Notes: generated from the letters alone by a model not told the origin. 64,000 nucleotides of DNA from Patescibacteria group bacterium (GCA_023379265.1 JAMCUI010000009.1:100091-164090), one strand, 5' to 3'. Shown: positions 9,109-20,356, counted from the first letter of the stretch. Numbers and translations are program-made.

Positions 9109-10920
9109 ATGATGGATTCTCAACCTGATTTAAAAAATCCTGGTAATCCACCCGAGAATGGCTCACAATTTTCAACAGTGGCATCAGTAAAACCTACCGT
9201 TCCATCAGAGACAGATCATCTTGCTGATTTAAAGCGTATCAGAGGATGGCGTACTCCGGATAGTACTCCATTTGCAATTAAAGTATCACTTCTCCCACAA
9301 GACAAAGAAGCCATGCAAGAAGGTGAAGAAGCTGTCGATGGAAACAGAAATGTTCAGCAAACTTTCGTAAGGATGTCAAAACAGATGTGTGACATAGCAG
9401 GTGATGTGATAGCTGAATATCCCGGAACATATGAACAACTGAAAGCAGCGTTTCCTAAATATACATATGAACAACTATTACCCCTTTTGGAATCTTTCAA
9501 GAGAAAAGAAAGTCCTGCTAATTACCCCGATATAAATGTGGTTAGGAACCATAATCTTAAAAGTCTATTACATAAACTACACGATTACCCTATTTATCGC
9601 CAGACATACGGGTCGCCAGAGTATTTTATATTTGAGGATCCCGAAGAAGTTGTCCCAAATTTGGCAGATTCTCTTGATGTAGGGCATGCGCCGGTAGGGC
9701 CTCTGATGGTAGTAAGTTATCCCATTACCGCTTTGGAATATGGTTGGGTGAGAGGAAAAAAGTATCCTCCACTTAAAGGGCATATTTATCAATATATTTA
9801 TATGAATGCTGGGGAAAAAAGATCAAAGACCGGAACCGTGTACCCAGATGTGGTGAAAGCCGTACGTACAGTCAGGTTATGGGATGATGGGTCAGAAGTA
9901 GAACTTGAGAAATTAGAAGCTGATGTTGAAAAACGCAGTGGATATCGTCGTCCAAAACCTCGAGAACATATTCCATTGATTACAGATGCTGATGCATGGG
10001 CTGCCCAATCCAATAGAGAAGGCCTTTTCCAAGCCCCTTTCCGTTCATATTTGATTCCTGATGTGTCACTTCAGGGTCCGCACCGTATGGATTATCGAAG
10101 AGAATCGTTAAACCTTGCAAAGGGTTCCGCATTCGAACAATTAGTTCTAATTACGATAGCATATAATAATGCATTTTCTCCAGTAGATTCTCGCGTTTAT
10201 CCACAATATCAACTTGCAGACAGATTTCAAGGTGCTTCAGCACAATCTGTACGCGCTGATGGTTATTGGATTGATGCTTCCGGTCAGGAAAATGTCGTAG
10301 AAGTGAAATACGGTCGTGCTGTAGAAAAGACTATTAAATCCGTTGAAAGAGAGAAAAAACAGCTTCAAAGAGAACCAAACGCCAAAATCAAGTATCACCT
10401 GGTGACGCTTAATGCTGGACCGGGGCATATTCCGGAAGAATATAAACCGTTCCATGAACCATACAGAAAGTTGATAGAAATAATAGACGATTCAGATGTA
10501 AAAAGAAATCTCGGGATACTTTCTGATTGGATTATAAAAATATCCGTAAGTAAAGATCCGTCATTCGGGACGATATTAAAGAGAGTGCGTACATTTTTGT
10601 TCAACGTTTTGGATCAGGCTAATCATCTTACTGCTGCGGTCCGTCAGGAATATATAAAAAGGACATTAACAAAATGTATGGAATTGTATGAAAAAAGAGA
10701 TTATAAGGGCTGGCAAGAATTTATGGCCCAATTTTCTCTGGTATCTTTCAAAGATAATGAGTATGAAGAGACATATCGCGGACATGATGGTGAAATGCAT
10801 CGAGGTATGCTAAAAAAAGAATCGATTAAGGAAGAAGTCGATAACAATGGGAATGATAACAATGAATATCAACCATCCATTGAGCAAGTTGAATCTATAA
10901 CTTTAGATGATAAACTATAA
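9109..10920 (+). CDS. Hypothetical protein with putative PD-(D/E)XK nuclease domain
   Basis: 603-aa ORF with GSAFEQLV ... RADGYW ... VVEVKYG pattern. Confidence 0.55.
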   Translation: MMDSQPDLKNPGNPPENGSQFSTVASVKPTVPSETDHLADLKRIRGWRTPDSTPFAIKVSLLPQDKEAMQEGEEAVDGNRNVQQTFVRMSKQMCDIAGDVIAEYPGTYEQLKAAFPKYTYEQLLPLLESFKRKESPANYPDINVVRNHNLKSLLHKLHDYPIYRQTYGSPEYFIFEDPEEVVPNLADSLDVGHAPVGPLMVVSYPITALEYGWVRGKKYPPLKGHIYQYIYMNAGEKRSKTGTVYPDVVKAVRTVRLWDDGSEVELEKLEADVEKRSGYRRPKPREHIPLITDADAWAAQSNREGLFQAPFRSYLIPDVSLQGPHRMDYRRESLNLAKGSAFEQLVLITIAYNNAFSPVDSRVYPQYQLADRFQGASAQSVRADGYWIDASGQENVVEVKYGRAVEKTIKSVEREKKQLQREPNAKIKYHLVTLNAGPGHIPEEYKPFHEPYRKLIEIIDDSDVKRNLGILSDWIIKISVSKDPSFGTILKRVRTFLFNVLDQANHLTAAVRQEYIKRTLTKCMELYEKRDYKGWQEFMAQFSLVSFKDNEYEETYRGHDGEMHRGMLKKESIKEEVDNNGNDNNEYQPSIEQVESITLDDKL

Positions 10921-11080
10921 GGATTGACGTTACAACGCTTGAAAGGGTCAAGGCAGAGACGTGCAGCTTAGACGAGGTAAATGCGAATTTTGGAAAAAAG
11001 GTTATCCCGTGTCTTTCAAAGATAGAGTAGGAATCTGAATCATACGCATTGGTACGAATAGTGGATTGTAGGAACACATT

Positions 11081-12700
11081 ATGAAAATATTTCCACGGGT
11101 GAGACCAAACCTTCGTACATTTTTTGTTACTTCCGGTCTAATCATATCAGGAATTATTCTGTTTGCACTACTTAAAATATACGGCCAGTTCTTAGTCTTC
11201 TGGATATTCGGAAAGCCCAAATGTGACAAATGTAATATTATTGTCATTGAAGCAGATGTTCTTGGGTCTAATCATCTTCCGTGTTATGGATACTATAGAA
11301 ATACCGCACCTAATCTTTGTACTTTTGCCAAAGAGAACGTATTCTTTTCACATTCATATTCTCAAGGACCACAAACAACCTCCAGTACCTTTTCTCTTTT
11401 TACCTCACTTTACCCAGTCAATCATGGGATTAATATACCATACGAGAAAAGTATCCTTAACGATAAATATCTCACTCTAACACAAGCACTTAAAGCCCAA
11501 GGGTACAATACTATCTATGTGGGACCTTCTATCCCACAGGTTCCGCTTGACCGCGGAATAGAGCGAGGTTTTGACGATATAATCATTACCCCGTCCAATA
11601 TCAGTGACAATCCTGACATTATGACTTGGTGGAAAAAAGGATTGCAGAAAGTAGTGGAAAATACGCAAAATGGTAAAAAAACCTTTCTTTTTATATATAC
11701 AGACTATTTGCACGATCCTTATTTAGTAGGAAATAAAAAATTGCTTTACGCATCTAACCGTTATTCTAATTTCGCCATAACCGATAAAGAACTTAATACA
11801 TTAACACCGGAAATTCTAAATTACTACCTGACCTCTGTGAGTGAACGGATAAACGGAGGAACAAAAGAAGGTTACACAAGCGGCGACCTAAATTTGTATA
11901 AGCAGTTAAAGGAAGCAAAAAATTTTGACCAGGCAAAAAAGATATTCTTCAGCTATCCAACGATTGAAAGAAATCATGCGCTTCTCTATTTTAATTATTA
12001 TTTACGAATAAATCCCAAAGATAACAATGTCGTTAAGTATTTAGCCGCGCTTTATGATGAAAAAATAAACATGTTTGATAAAGATATGGGGTCCTTTTTT
12101 AAGTATCTTGGAGAAAATGATTTGAAAAGGAAATCGATCTTTATATTAACCTCAGCTCACGCAGAGGAGTTTATGGAACATGGAGATTGGGGTCATAAAA
12201 ATAAATTATTTAATACTAATTTGACTATACCTTTTATAATGTCTATTCCTACAATAAGTAACCGACATATCAATGATCTTATCCAAAATATCGACCTATA
12301 CCCAACACTGCTTGGATTAATTGGTGTTGAAAAGCCAAGTTATCTTCAGGGAATAGATTTAAGCGATTTAATATATGGATTACCCGATGCCAAGAAGGAA
12401 AATTATGTTATCAGCCAAATTCCTTATGCTGATCCACCTTTGGCTTCAATTTCTGATGGTCAATGGAAATTAATTGTGAACACCAAGATAAATAAAGCTA
12501 TTAGTCTCTTTAATCTGGTAACTGACGCTAAAGAACAGAAAAATGTCGCCGACAACAATCCAGAAATTACTGACCGACTACTTCAGGAATTGGACAAAAT
12601 TATGAATAATAAAAATACGAAACCAATTAAAAAATTCAACTTTCCTGACTGGATCAATGATGAAGAGAGAAGAAAGATAATTAAAGAAGGCTATTTTTAA
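11081..12700 (+). CDS. Membrane-anchored sulfatase-like hydrolase/transferase
   Basis: NIIVIEADVL, GYYRNTAPNL, SLFTSLYP, SAHAEEFMEHG, IDLYPTLL. Confidence 0.85.
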   Translation: MKIFPRVRPNLRTFFVTSGLIISGIILFALLKIYGQFLVFWIFGKPKCDKCNIIVIEADVLGSNHLPCYGYYRNTAPNLCTFAKENVFFSHSYSQGPQTTSSTFSLFTSLYPVNHGINIPYEKSILNDKYLTLTQALKAQGYNTIYVGPSIPQVPLDRGIERGFDDIIITPSNISDNPDIMTWWKKGLQKVVENTQNGKKTFLFIYTDYLHDPYLVGNKKLLYASNRYSNFAITDKELNTLTPEILNYYLTSVSERINGGTKEGYTSGDLNLYKQLKEAKNFDQAKKIFFSYPTIERNHALLYFNYYLRINPKDNNVVKYLAALYDEKINMFDKDMGSFFKYLGENDLKRKSIFILTSAHAEEFMEHGDWGHKNKLFNTNLTIPFIMSIPTISNRHINDLIQNIDLYPTLLGLIGVEKPSYLQGIDLSDLIYGLPDAKKENYVISQIPYADPPLASISDGQWKLIVNTKINKAISLFNLVTDAKEQKNVADNNPEITDRLLQELDKIMNNKNTKPIKKFNFPDWINDEERRKIIKEGYF

Positions 12701-12814
12701 TATTTAATGACGCTTCACGTAATACAGTTCCCACTTGTTTTACTCACTATTTATAAATAACCCACAGGGTGATATGACCGGGATGTCCAGAGGATTTTTA
12801 CCCAGTATCCTCAC

Positions 12815-14758
12815 TCAGACCTGTCCTCTAAACTGGCTATTATAGAGATCGGCGTAGAAGCCATTTTTTGCTAAAAGTCCTTTATGGGTGCCTTTCTCGA
12901 TGATTGTTCCGTGGTTCATGACAAGGATAAGGTCCGCGTCGCGGATAGTAGAGAGTCTGTGGGCAATTACGAAATTCGTTCGGCCCTTCATGAGCTTGTT
13001 CATGGCATTTTGGATAAGAAGCTCGGTTCTGGTATCCACACTGCTGGTTGCCTCATCCAAAATAAGAATTTCCGGATCAGCCAGGAACGCGCGTGCTATG
13101 GTTAAAAGCTGCTTCTGGCCTTGAGAGATATTTGTTGCATCCTCGTTGAGAACCATGTTGTAGCCTTCCGGTAGCGTCCTTATAAAGTGGTCGGCATATG
13201 CCGCTTGTGCTGCTCGTACAATTTCTTCTTCTATCGCGTTTTCGCGGCCATATGCAATATTATCGCGGAGTGTTCCATGGAAAAGCCATGTATCCTGCAA
13301 TACCATGCCGAACATGCGGCGCAGGTCGCCGCGTTTGAGCTTTGTAATGTCAATGCCGTCAATTAGTATATTGCCGCTGTTTACTTCATAGAAGCGCATC
13401 AGTAGATTGACAAGAGTTGTCTTACCGGCCCCGGTTGGACCGACAATTGCTATCATTTGGCCGGGTTTCACAACAAAATTCATATTCTCCATAAGAATCT
13501 TATCTTTACTATATCCAAAACGGACATGCCGGAATTCGACTGCACCTTTGGGAGTATTAATTGTCAAAGGTTTTACCGTTTCAGGCACTTGTTCCTCTTC
13601 GTCTAAAAGTTCAAATATGCGTTCTGCTGAGGCTATGGCTGACTGGATCACGTTTGCAATATTTGCAAGCATGGTGATTGGTTGGCTAAACTGGGCTGAA
13701 TATTGGATAAATGCCTGAACGTCACCGATGGAAATTGCGCCTTGTGTTGTCATAATTCCTCCCACTACTGCCACTAATACATAACCTATATTCCCGACGA
13801 ACCGCATGAGCGGCATGAGAATGCCTGAGACATATTGTGCCTTCCAACCGGCATCATAAAGTTTGTCGTTGAGGTAGTCAAACCGTTCGATAGCTTTTCT
13901 CTCGTGTCCAAATGCTTTGACGATCTTGTGTCCCGTATACATCTCTTCGATGTGGCCATTGAGATCACCAAGGCTGCTTTGCTGCTTTCTGAAATAATCT
14001 TGTGAACGTTTAGCAATACCCGTAACAATAAACAGACTCATTGGAATGGTTGCCAACACAATCAGGGTCAACACCACGCTTATTGAAAGCATCATTACCA
14101 GTACGCCTACAAGAGTGACTGCGGAGGTAATGAGTTGCGTTACGCTCTGTTGAAGGGTGGAGCTGATATTATCCATGTCATTGACCGCGCGACTGAGGAT
14201 CTCGCCGTGTGTGCGTCCGTCGAAATATTTCAGGGGTAACCGTGAAAGTTTTTCGTCTACTTCTTTTCGGAGTTTATAGATAGTTCTTTGTGCTACACCG
14301 GCCATCAGGTACTGTTGTATAAATATGAAAATCGCGCTGACAATATACAGCCCAAGCAAAATTACCATAACTCTGCCTATATAACCGAATTCGATACCGG
14401 GTACCGGGGCAATTTGTATAGAGAGTGTTGGGTTTTGCAGTAATTCTTTTCTTATAATTTGATTTCTTGCTTGTACGATGAAACTTGCAATCAGGTTGTC
14501 AAAAAGCTTGGTTGTTGCCAGACCCAGAATCTTCGGGCCAACGATATTAAACACCGTTCCCAAGACTGCTGCCGCTACCACGATTGACAAAAGGAATTTT
14601 TCCGGAACAAAATACTGAAGCAGCCTCCTGAGTGTACCTCGGAAGTCCTTGGCTTTCTCGACGGGTCTGCCCATGGCTCCCCAGCCACCCCGACCCATTG
14701 GGCCATGGCCCATACCGCTTTGACTAGTTTGGTTTTTAGCGTTATTACTTGGACTCAT
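12815..14758 (-). CDS. Heterodimeric multidrug ABC exporter subunit (TMD+NBD)
   Basis: GPTGAGKTT, ISQGQKQLLTIARA, ILDEATSSVD, AHRLST. Confidence 0.95.
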   Translation of the reverse strand: MSPSNNAKNQTSQSGMGHGPMGRGGWGAMGRPVEKAKDFRGTLRRLLQYFVPEKFLLSIVVAAAVLGTVFNIVGPKILGLATTKLFDNLIASFIVQARNQIIRKELLQNPTLSIQIAPVPGIEFGYIGRVMVILLGLYIVSAIFIFIQQYLMAGVAQRTIYKLRKEVDEKLSRLPLKYFDGRTHGEILSRAVNDMDNISSTLQQSVTQLITSAVTLVGVLVMMLSISVVLTLIVLATIPMSLFIVTGIAKRSQDYFRKQQSSLGDLNGHIEEMYTGHKIVKAFGHERKAIERFDYLNDKLYDAGWKAQYVSGILMPLMRFVGNIGYVLVAVVGGIMTTQGAISIGDVQAFIQYSAQFSQPITMLANIANVIQSAIASAERIFELLDEEEQVPETVKPLTINTPKGAVEFRHVRFGYSKDKILMENMNFVVKPGQMIAIVGPTGAGKTTLVNLLMRFYEVNSGNILIDGIDITKLKRGDLRRMFGMVLQDTWLFHGTLRDNIAYGRENAIEEEIVRAAQAAYADHFIRTLPEGYNMVLNEDATNISQGQKQLLTIARAFLADPEILILDEATSSVDTRTELLIQNAMNKLMKGRTNFVIAHRLSTIRDADLILVMNHGTIIEKGTHKGLLAKNGFYADLYNSQFRGQV

Positions 14759-16494
14759 ACAGTTTCTTTCTCAATTTCCGTCGCTGACAGTTGTGAAGTC
14801 ACAATTGCGCGATAGACATCGCAGGTTTTCATAAGTTTCGTGTGAGTACCGATACCTACAACTCGTCCCTCATCAAGGACAATAATCTGATTGGCGTCAA
14901 TCACTGTGCTGACCCGCTGGGCGACAATGATTACTGTAGCATTGCGAGTCTCTCCTTTGAGAGCGGCACGCAATTTAGCGTCAGTCTTAAAGTCAAGCGC
15001 CGAGAAAGTATCGTCAAATACGTAAATTTCCGGTTTTCTCACCAGGGCTCTGGCAATTGAGATACGTTGCATCTGCCCACCAGAAACATTTGTCCCACCT
15101 TGGGCAATCATCGAATTAAAACCTTCAGGCATTTTGGTAATAAATTCACTGGCCTGTGCCACATCAGCCGCGTGTTTTATTTCTGCTTCTGTTGCATTTT
15201 CGTGGCCAAAACGAAGATTCTCGTTCACAGTTCCTGCGAACAATACAGCCTTTTGAGGAACAAAACCGATTTTTTCACGTAAATAGTCCTGTGACATTTG
15301 TCTAATCTCAACTCCATCAACGAGTATCCGGCCGCTGTTTACATCATAAAAACGCGGAATAAGGTTAACTAGGGTAGACTTGCCAGCACCGGTGCCGCCT
15401 ATGATGGCGGTTACATTACCGGGAGAGGCACGAAATGAGATGTTATAAAGTGCCGGTTTTTCCGCTCCATGATAACTAAAAGTGACATTTTGAAATTCGA
15501 CAAAGCCGCGAAGTTTATCGGCTTTCTTCACTTCTTTAAGGTCGTTGATTTCAGGTTCCATGGCCAAAACTTCGTTGATTCTGGTGGCAGAGGCTTCCGC
15601 ACGCGGGATCATAATAAACATAAGCGCTACCATCAGGAGTGAAAAGAGAATCTGGAAAGCATATTGCAGGAAAGCAAACATCGCACCGATTTCCAAATGC
15701 CCGCCAGTGACGCGCAGACTGCCAAACCATATTATGGCCACACTGGAAAGATTTATAAGAAGCATCATTACTGGCATCATTGTCGCCAACATCTGGTTGA
15801 CTTTAATTGCGATACTTGTTACGTCGCGGTTGGCTTCATCAAAACGCTGTTCTTCATGCTTGATCCGATTAAAAGCCCTCACCACTCGGACTCCAGTTAA
15901 GTTTTCATCCAAAATAAGGTTTAGTTTATCCAGTTTTACCTGCATGATAGAGAAAAGAGGTACTGCCTTGACAAGGAGTATCAGAATAACAATAACGAGG
16001 ATTGGCATGACCGCAACCAGAATCCATGAGAGCCCTACATCCTGGTTTAGGGCAAGAATAATGCCAACAATCAGCGTGATTGGAGCAGTGATTAACATAT
16101 TCAGGATCATAACCATCACCTGTTGGATCTGTACCGTATCATTGGAGGTACGGGTGATAAGAGATGCAGTGCTGACTATGTCAAACTCATGCAGCGAAAA
16201 CTGTTGAATCCTGTAGAAAATCTCAGCGCGGATAACTTTCACCATACCCGTCGCAACCTGGGATGAAAAATATATGCCTACCACAGCGCATAGTGTGCCT
16301 GCAATTGCCACTATGGCCATAAGTCCTCCGGTTCTCCAAATGTAGTCGGTGTCGAATGTTGAAATACCTTTATTTACGATATCTGCCATCAAGTTTGGCA
16401 AATACAGGTTTGCCACAGACTGTCCGACAGCAAGTGCAAGGATAAGCGCTAGGAGAATCCGGTAGGGTTTTAAGAAACGTAATAGTTTAATCAT
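14755..16494 (-). CDS. Heterodimeric multidrug ABC exporter subunit with degenerate Walker B
   Basis: GGTGAGKST, VSGGQMQR, YVFDD, AQRVST; start set at ATG 16494 (ORF track 16509). Confidence 0.93.
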   Translation of the reverse strand: MIKLLRFLKPYRILLALILALAVGQSVANLYLPNLMADIVNKGISTFDTDYIWRTGGLMAIVAIAGTLCAVVGIYFSSQVATGMVKVIRAEIFYRIQQFSLHEFDIVSTASLITRTSNDTVQIQQVMVMILNMLITAPITLIVGIILALNQDVGLSWILVAVMPILVIVILILLVKAVPLFSIMQVKLDKLNLILDENLTGVRVVRAFNRIKHEEQRFDEANRDVTSIAIKVNQMLATMMPVMMLLINLSSVAIIWFGSLRVTGGHLEIGAMFAFLQYAFQILFSLLMVALMFIMIPRAEASATRINEVLAMEPEINDLKEVKKADKLRGFVEFQNVTFSYHGAEKPALYNISFRASPGNVTAIIGGTGAGKSTLVNLIPRFYDVNSGRILVDGVEIRQMSQDYLREKIGFVPQKAVLFAGTVNENLRFGHENATEAEIKHAADVAQASEFITKMPEGFNSMIAQGGTNVSGGQMQRISIARALVRKPEIYVFDDTFSALDFKTDAKLRAALKGETRNATVIIVAQRVSTVIDANQIIVLDEGRVVGIGTHTKLMKTCDVYRAIVTSQLSATEIEKETV

Positions 16495-16500
16495 TGCAAA

Positions 16501-16551
16501 TTGACACAACCAGAGAAATATATTATACTCTATAATAGTTAGATAGTCTAA
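16501..16551 (+). promoter_or_regulatory. Sigma70 promoter and putative MarR operator
   Basis: TTGACA (16501) -17- TATACT (16524); palindrome TTAGA-TAG-TCTAA at 16539-16551 between divergent genes. Confidence 0.6.
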
Positions 16552-16557
16552 TCAATT

Positions 16558-16998
16558 ATGCAGGAAGATAAAACAAATGAACTGGTAGAGATGATGTTCA
16601 AGGTTTCCCGTCTGATGAAAGAAGAGATGTCTTATACAAATAATTTGATACATTTAAGTATATTACAAATTCAAACTCTTATTTTTCTAAGTCAAAACAA
16701 AAAAGTGTCGATGGGTGATATCGCAGGGTATTTCCGGATTGAGCTGTCTTCAGCAACTAGCCTTCTTAATAAATTATGCGATCAGGGGTTAGTACAACGC
16801 CATGAAGACAAAGAGGATAGAAGATTGGTAATGATAACCTTAACCGATAAAGGAAAGACGCTTCTCAAACAAGCAATCAGTCATCGAAGAATTAAGCTGG
16901 AAAAGATGCTGTCATATCTGTCGCAAAGAGAAAAATCCGAATTATTAAATATCTTAAAAACACTTAACAACAGATTGCAAAGACAAGATGAAAAATAA
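16558..16998 (+). CDS. MarR-family transcriptional regulator
   Basis: GLVQRHEDKEDRRLVMITLTDKGK wing motif. Confidence 0.92.
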   Translation: MQEDKTNELVEMMFKVSRLMKEEMSYTNNLIHLSILQIQTLIFLSQNKKVSMGDIAGYFRIELSSATSLLNKLCDQGLVQRHEDKEDRRLVMITLTDKGKTLLKQAISHRRIKLEKMLSYLSQREKSELLNILKTLNNRLQRQDEK

Positions 16999-18085
16999 AA
17001 AAATATTCATAATAATTTCCCTAGTTGCACTCCTTGTTGTAGCAGGAATCGTTATCGGCAACAGAAATTCATTATTATCATCTGCGCGTTCAAATTCCGG
17101 GCCGACCACTACTACGTCTGTACGTTTTGTAAATTCGACGATTACCGCTGACGGATCTGTGACAGCTCAAAATCAGGCTACACTTAATTTCCAAACATCA
17201 GGAAAATTGACTTATCTTCCCTTTAAGGAAGGCGATAAGGTGGCGCAGGGTCAAACTATCGCACAACTTGATACCTACCAATTACAACGGGAACTTACCA
17301 CATCCTTGAATAACTACAAGATCGCCCGCGATAATTTTGACCAGACTCAGGAAAATGCCAATACCGGCGTGTTGCAAGGTTCTCAAAAATACAGTTTACA
17401 GGTGTTAAATAAGGGAGGATTTGAAGCGTCTGATGTAGTTGGCAATATAGTAAAAAGAGTTTTGGAACAAAACCAGTCCACTTTGGACAATTCAGTAATT
17501 AATGTAGAGCTGGCCAATTACGCTCTGCAACTTTCCAAACTTACATCCCCTCTGGATGGTATTATTACTCACGAAGATGTTGTTGTTCCTGGTATAAACA
17601 TCACTACGGGAACTACTTTTACCATTGCGGATCCGGATTCAATGGTTTTTCGGGCAAATGTACCAACGGAAAATATTTACTACATATCCGATGGTAGTGT
17701 AGTAACCTTGGCAATAGACGGCATAAAAAACAAGATAAACGGCACAGTTGTGAAAATATATCCGTCAAAAGTCGTTCTGGCGGACGGGCAAGCAGTTTAC
17801 CAAGTTGATATTGAAAGTGATGACTTAAAAAAACAGGCAAAATTAGACGAGAGCGGTCGGGCAATAATCAGTACTAATTCCAAAAATGTAGCACTTGTTC
17901 CGGCATGGACAGTGCTTGCAGGCAAATATATATGGGTTAATAATAACGGAATCCCGGAACTTAGACAGGTAACTATCGGGAAAACTCACGGGAATGAAAT
18001 CGAAATTACGGATGGATTATCTACACATGACAAAATAATAACTGACCCAAAATATATATCGTCCCTGAAATATCAACTGTTGTGA
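16988..18085 (+). CDS. Efflux membrane-fusion (HlyD/RND adaptor) protein
   Basis: N-terminal TM, lipoyl-like KEGDKVAQGQTIAQLD, coiled coil, LTSPLDG. Confidence 0.88.
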   Translation: MKNKKIFIIISLVALLVVAGIVIGNRNSLLSSARSNSGPTTTTSVRFVNSTITADGSVTAQNQATLNFQTSGKLTYLPFKEGDKVAQGQTIAQLDTYQLQRELTTSLNNYKIARDNFDQTQENANTGVLQGSQKYSLQVLNKGGFEASDVVGNIVKRVLEQNQSTLDNSVINVELANYALQLSKLTSPLDGIITHEDVVVPGINITTGTTFTIADPDSMVFRANVPTENIYYISDGSVVTLAIDGIKNKINGTVVKIYPSKVVLADGQAVYQVDIESDDLKKQAKLDESGRAIISTNSKNVALVPAWTVLAGKYIWVNNNGIPELRQVTIGKTHGNEIEITDGLSTHDKIITDPKYISSLKYQLL

Positions 18086-18720
18086 GAAAAATATTTTCTT
18101 TATTCAAAAATCGAAAACTTCTAAAAATTATTGGTGGAGTATTTCTCCTAGTCCTTCTCATTTGTTTATATTTTTTTTATTTGGAAACAACCGGTAGAGT
18201 ATATATTGATAAATCACTTATACAAGCACCGGTTATTGTCATTTCTCCATCCATATCAGGTAAAGTACAGGAAATTGATGTCAAAGAAGGACAAAATGTA
18301 CAAAATGGTGATACATTGGCCGTCGTCGGTTCTGAAACGCTTCGTGCCGATACAGATGGTCTTATTATATCGGCAAGCGATTTGACTGGAGGAACAGTAA
18401 ATCCGCAGACACAACTTATCCAAATGATAAGACCTGTGAATCTTCGGGTTGCAGGTACAATCGATGAGAATAAAGGATTAAATGATATTCGTGTTGGACA
18501 GGTAGTCTCATTTACAATCGATGCGCTTCCGGGAAAGACATTTTGGGGGTACGTCGATGAGATCTCTCCCAGTGCGGTAGCTCCTTTATTTTCTTTTTCC
18601 ACGTCGACGGAACGTCCCACGCAACAGTTTACTGTTTATGCCAGATTTGATTCAACTATGTATCCTGCCATAAAAAACGGTATGTCCGCAAAAATGATAG
18701 TTTATACTAGGACGCGATAA
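18082..18720 (+). CDS. Short HlyD/EmrA-like adaptor protein
   Basis: ISPSISGKVQEIDVKEGQNVQNGD, IKNGMSA; lacks the coiled-coil hairpin. Confidence 0.8.
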   Translation: MRKIFSLFKNRKLLKIIGGVFLLVLLICLYFFYLETTGRVYIDKSLIQAPVIVISPSISGKVQEIDVKEGQNVQNGDTLAVVGSETLRADTDGLIISASDLTGGTVNPQTQLIQMIRPVNLRVAGTIDENKGLNDIRVGQVVSFTIDALPGKTFWGYVDEISPSAVAPLFSFSTSTERPTQQFTVYARFDSTMYPAIKNGMSAKMIVYTRTR

Positions 18721-18795
18721 TTACACTTCTTTCTTGTCTCACTTTTATTCAAATTTTTTTATTTCTGGATGAAATGATAATTATAATATTGGAAT

Positions 18796-20076
18796 ATGCC
18801 TGCTCTTACTTCTTTTATTAAGGAAACATTTTCCTCACTAGAGGTTCGCAATTACCGACTTTATTTTATCGGTCAGGCAATCTCAGTTTCGGGCACTTTC
18901 ATGCAGTCGGTAGCCCAGGCATGGCTTGTCCTCAAAATTACTAATTCCGGTACGGCGCTTGGTCTGGTCACCGCTTTGCAGTTTTTACCGATTCTCATAT
19001 TCGGGCCATGGGGAGGGGTGGTAGCTGACCGGTACGATAAACGTAAGCTGCTTCTTATTACACAAATAATTTTCGGCGTACAGGCTTTGATTTTGGGATT
19101 TCTGGTAATTACCGGATTAGTACAGCTGTGGATGGTAGGGGTTTTGGCGTTTATTTACGGAATAATAAACGTTGTCGACAATCCGGTACGCCAGACGTTT
19201 GTTCCGGAGATGGTAGGCAATGAAAGGCTCAGGAATGCTGTTACACTTTACAGCAGTCTGGTGAATCTGGCGCGGGTGATCGGACCTATTTTAGCCGCGG
19301 TATTTATTGCAAGCGTGGGGCTGGGTATGTGCTTTATCATAAACGGTATTTCCTACACGGCCATTATCATATTTTTGCTTGCCATGGATGTGACGAAACT
19401 TCATGTTACCAACCAGTTGGTAAAGAAAGGCGGCCAGATGATTGAAGGATTGCGTTATATCTTAAAAACAGCGCATCTTAGGAATACTCTTTTGATGATG
19501 GCGCTGATCGGTACGTTGACATATGAATTCCAGGTGAGTCTGCCTCTTTTGGCTGAGTTTACTTTTCATGGGGATGCGGGAACATACGCATTTCTCATGT
19601 CCGCACAGGGAGTAGGCTCAATTATCGGCGGGGTGCTTTTGGCCGGGCAAAAAAATATATCCGTCAAAGCCCTGACTTTTGCAGCTCTTTTTTTTGGTGT
19701 TTCCACACTCTTTGCGTCATTTATGCCGGGATTAGTATTGACGGCTATTTTTATTTTCATAGTTGGTTTCTTTTCCATTTACTTCCTGTCCCTGGGAAAT
19801 ACAATTCTCCAATTGGGAAGCGATCCGGCGATGAGAGGCAGGGTGATGGCATACTGGTCGATGGCCTTTTTGGGCTCGACAGCCATAGGCGGACCCATTG
19901 TTGGCTGGGTAGGAGAGTATGCAGGTCCCCGTTGGGGATTGGGGATTGGGGGACTGGCAGCAATTGCCGCATCATTTATAGGATTTATTGCCATAAAAGA
20001 TATGCACAGAAAAATATCGGAAGAAGCTATGACTCAGGCTGAATTGGCAGAAGGGGAAGAGAAAAGAGTCATGTGA
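18796..20076 (+). CDS. MFS transporter
   Basis: GGVVADRYDKRK motif A, ~12 TM. Confidence 0.9.
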   Translation: MPALTSFIKETFSSLEVRNYRLYFIGQAISVSGTFMQSVAQAWLVLKITNSGTALGLVTALQFLPILIFGPWGGVVADRYDKRKLLLITQIIFGVQALILGFLVITGLVQLWMVGVLAFIYGIINVVDNPVRQTFVPEMVGNERLRNAVTLYSSLVNLARVIGPILAAVFIASVGLGMCFIINGISYTAIIIFLLAMDVTKLHVTNQLVKKGGQMIEGLRYILKTAHLRNTLLMMALIGTLTYEFQVSLPLLAEFTFHGDAGTYAFLMSAQGVGSIIGGVLLAGQKNISVKALTFAALFFGVSTLFASFMPGLVLTAIFIFIVGFFSIYFLSLGNTILQLGSDPAMRGRVMAYWSMAFLGSTAIGGPIVGWVGEYAGPRWGLGIGGLAAIAASFIGFIAIKDMHRKISEEAMTQAELAEGEEKRVM

Positions 20077-20137
20077 ACAGAGTATAATATCCTAGATATG
20101 GAACTTTATAAATTTGATATGATAAATTATCCCGATT

Positions 20138-20326
20138 ATGCCTGATGAAGAATTCAGCCACACTGTATCAGAGGCTTTCCAAAAAGGAAAAAAAGATCCG
20201 TATTCAGGGTTGCGTAAACGGATAACAGAAGAAGGAGCAAAACTCTGGCTGGATACTCTAAACAAACAAAAAGCAGGGGAGATTCCTCCGAACCGATATG
20301 GACCGGATCCGAAAAAAGTAAAATGA
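20138..20326 (+). CDS. Small hypothetical protein
   Basis: 62-aa ATG ORF filling the gap between co-oriented genes. Confidence 0.4.
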   Translation: MPDEEFSHTVSEAFQKGKKDPYSGLRKRITEEGAKLWLDTLNKQKAGEIPPNRYGPDPKKVK

Positions 20327-20356
20327 CTCCATCCACTACTTTGGTATAATTAGACT

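Noticed and set aside
15545-16207. Long antisense ORFs (also 41200-41712, 56003-56482, 34021-34533)
   Set aside because: They are shadows of well-supported genes on the opposite strand.
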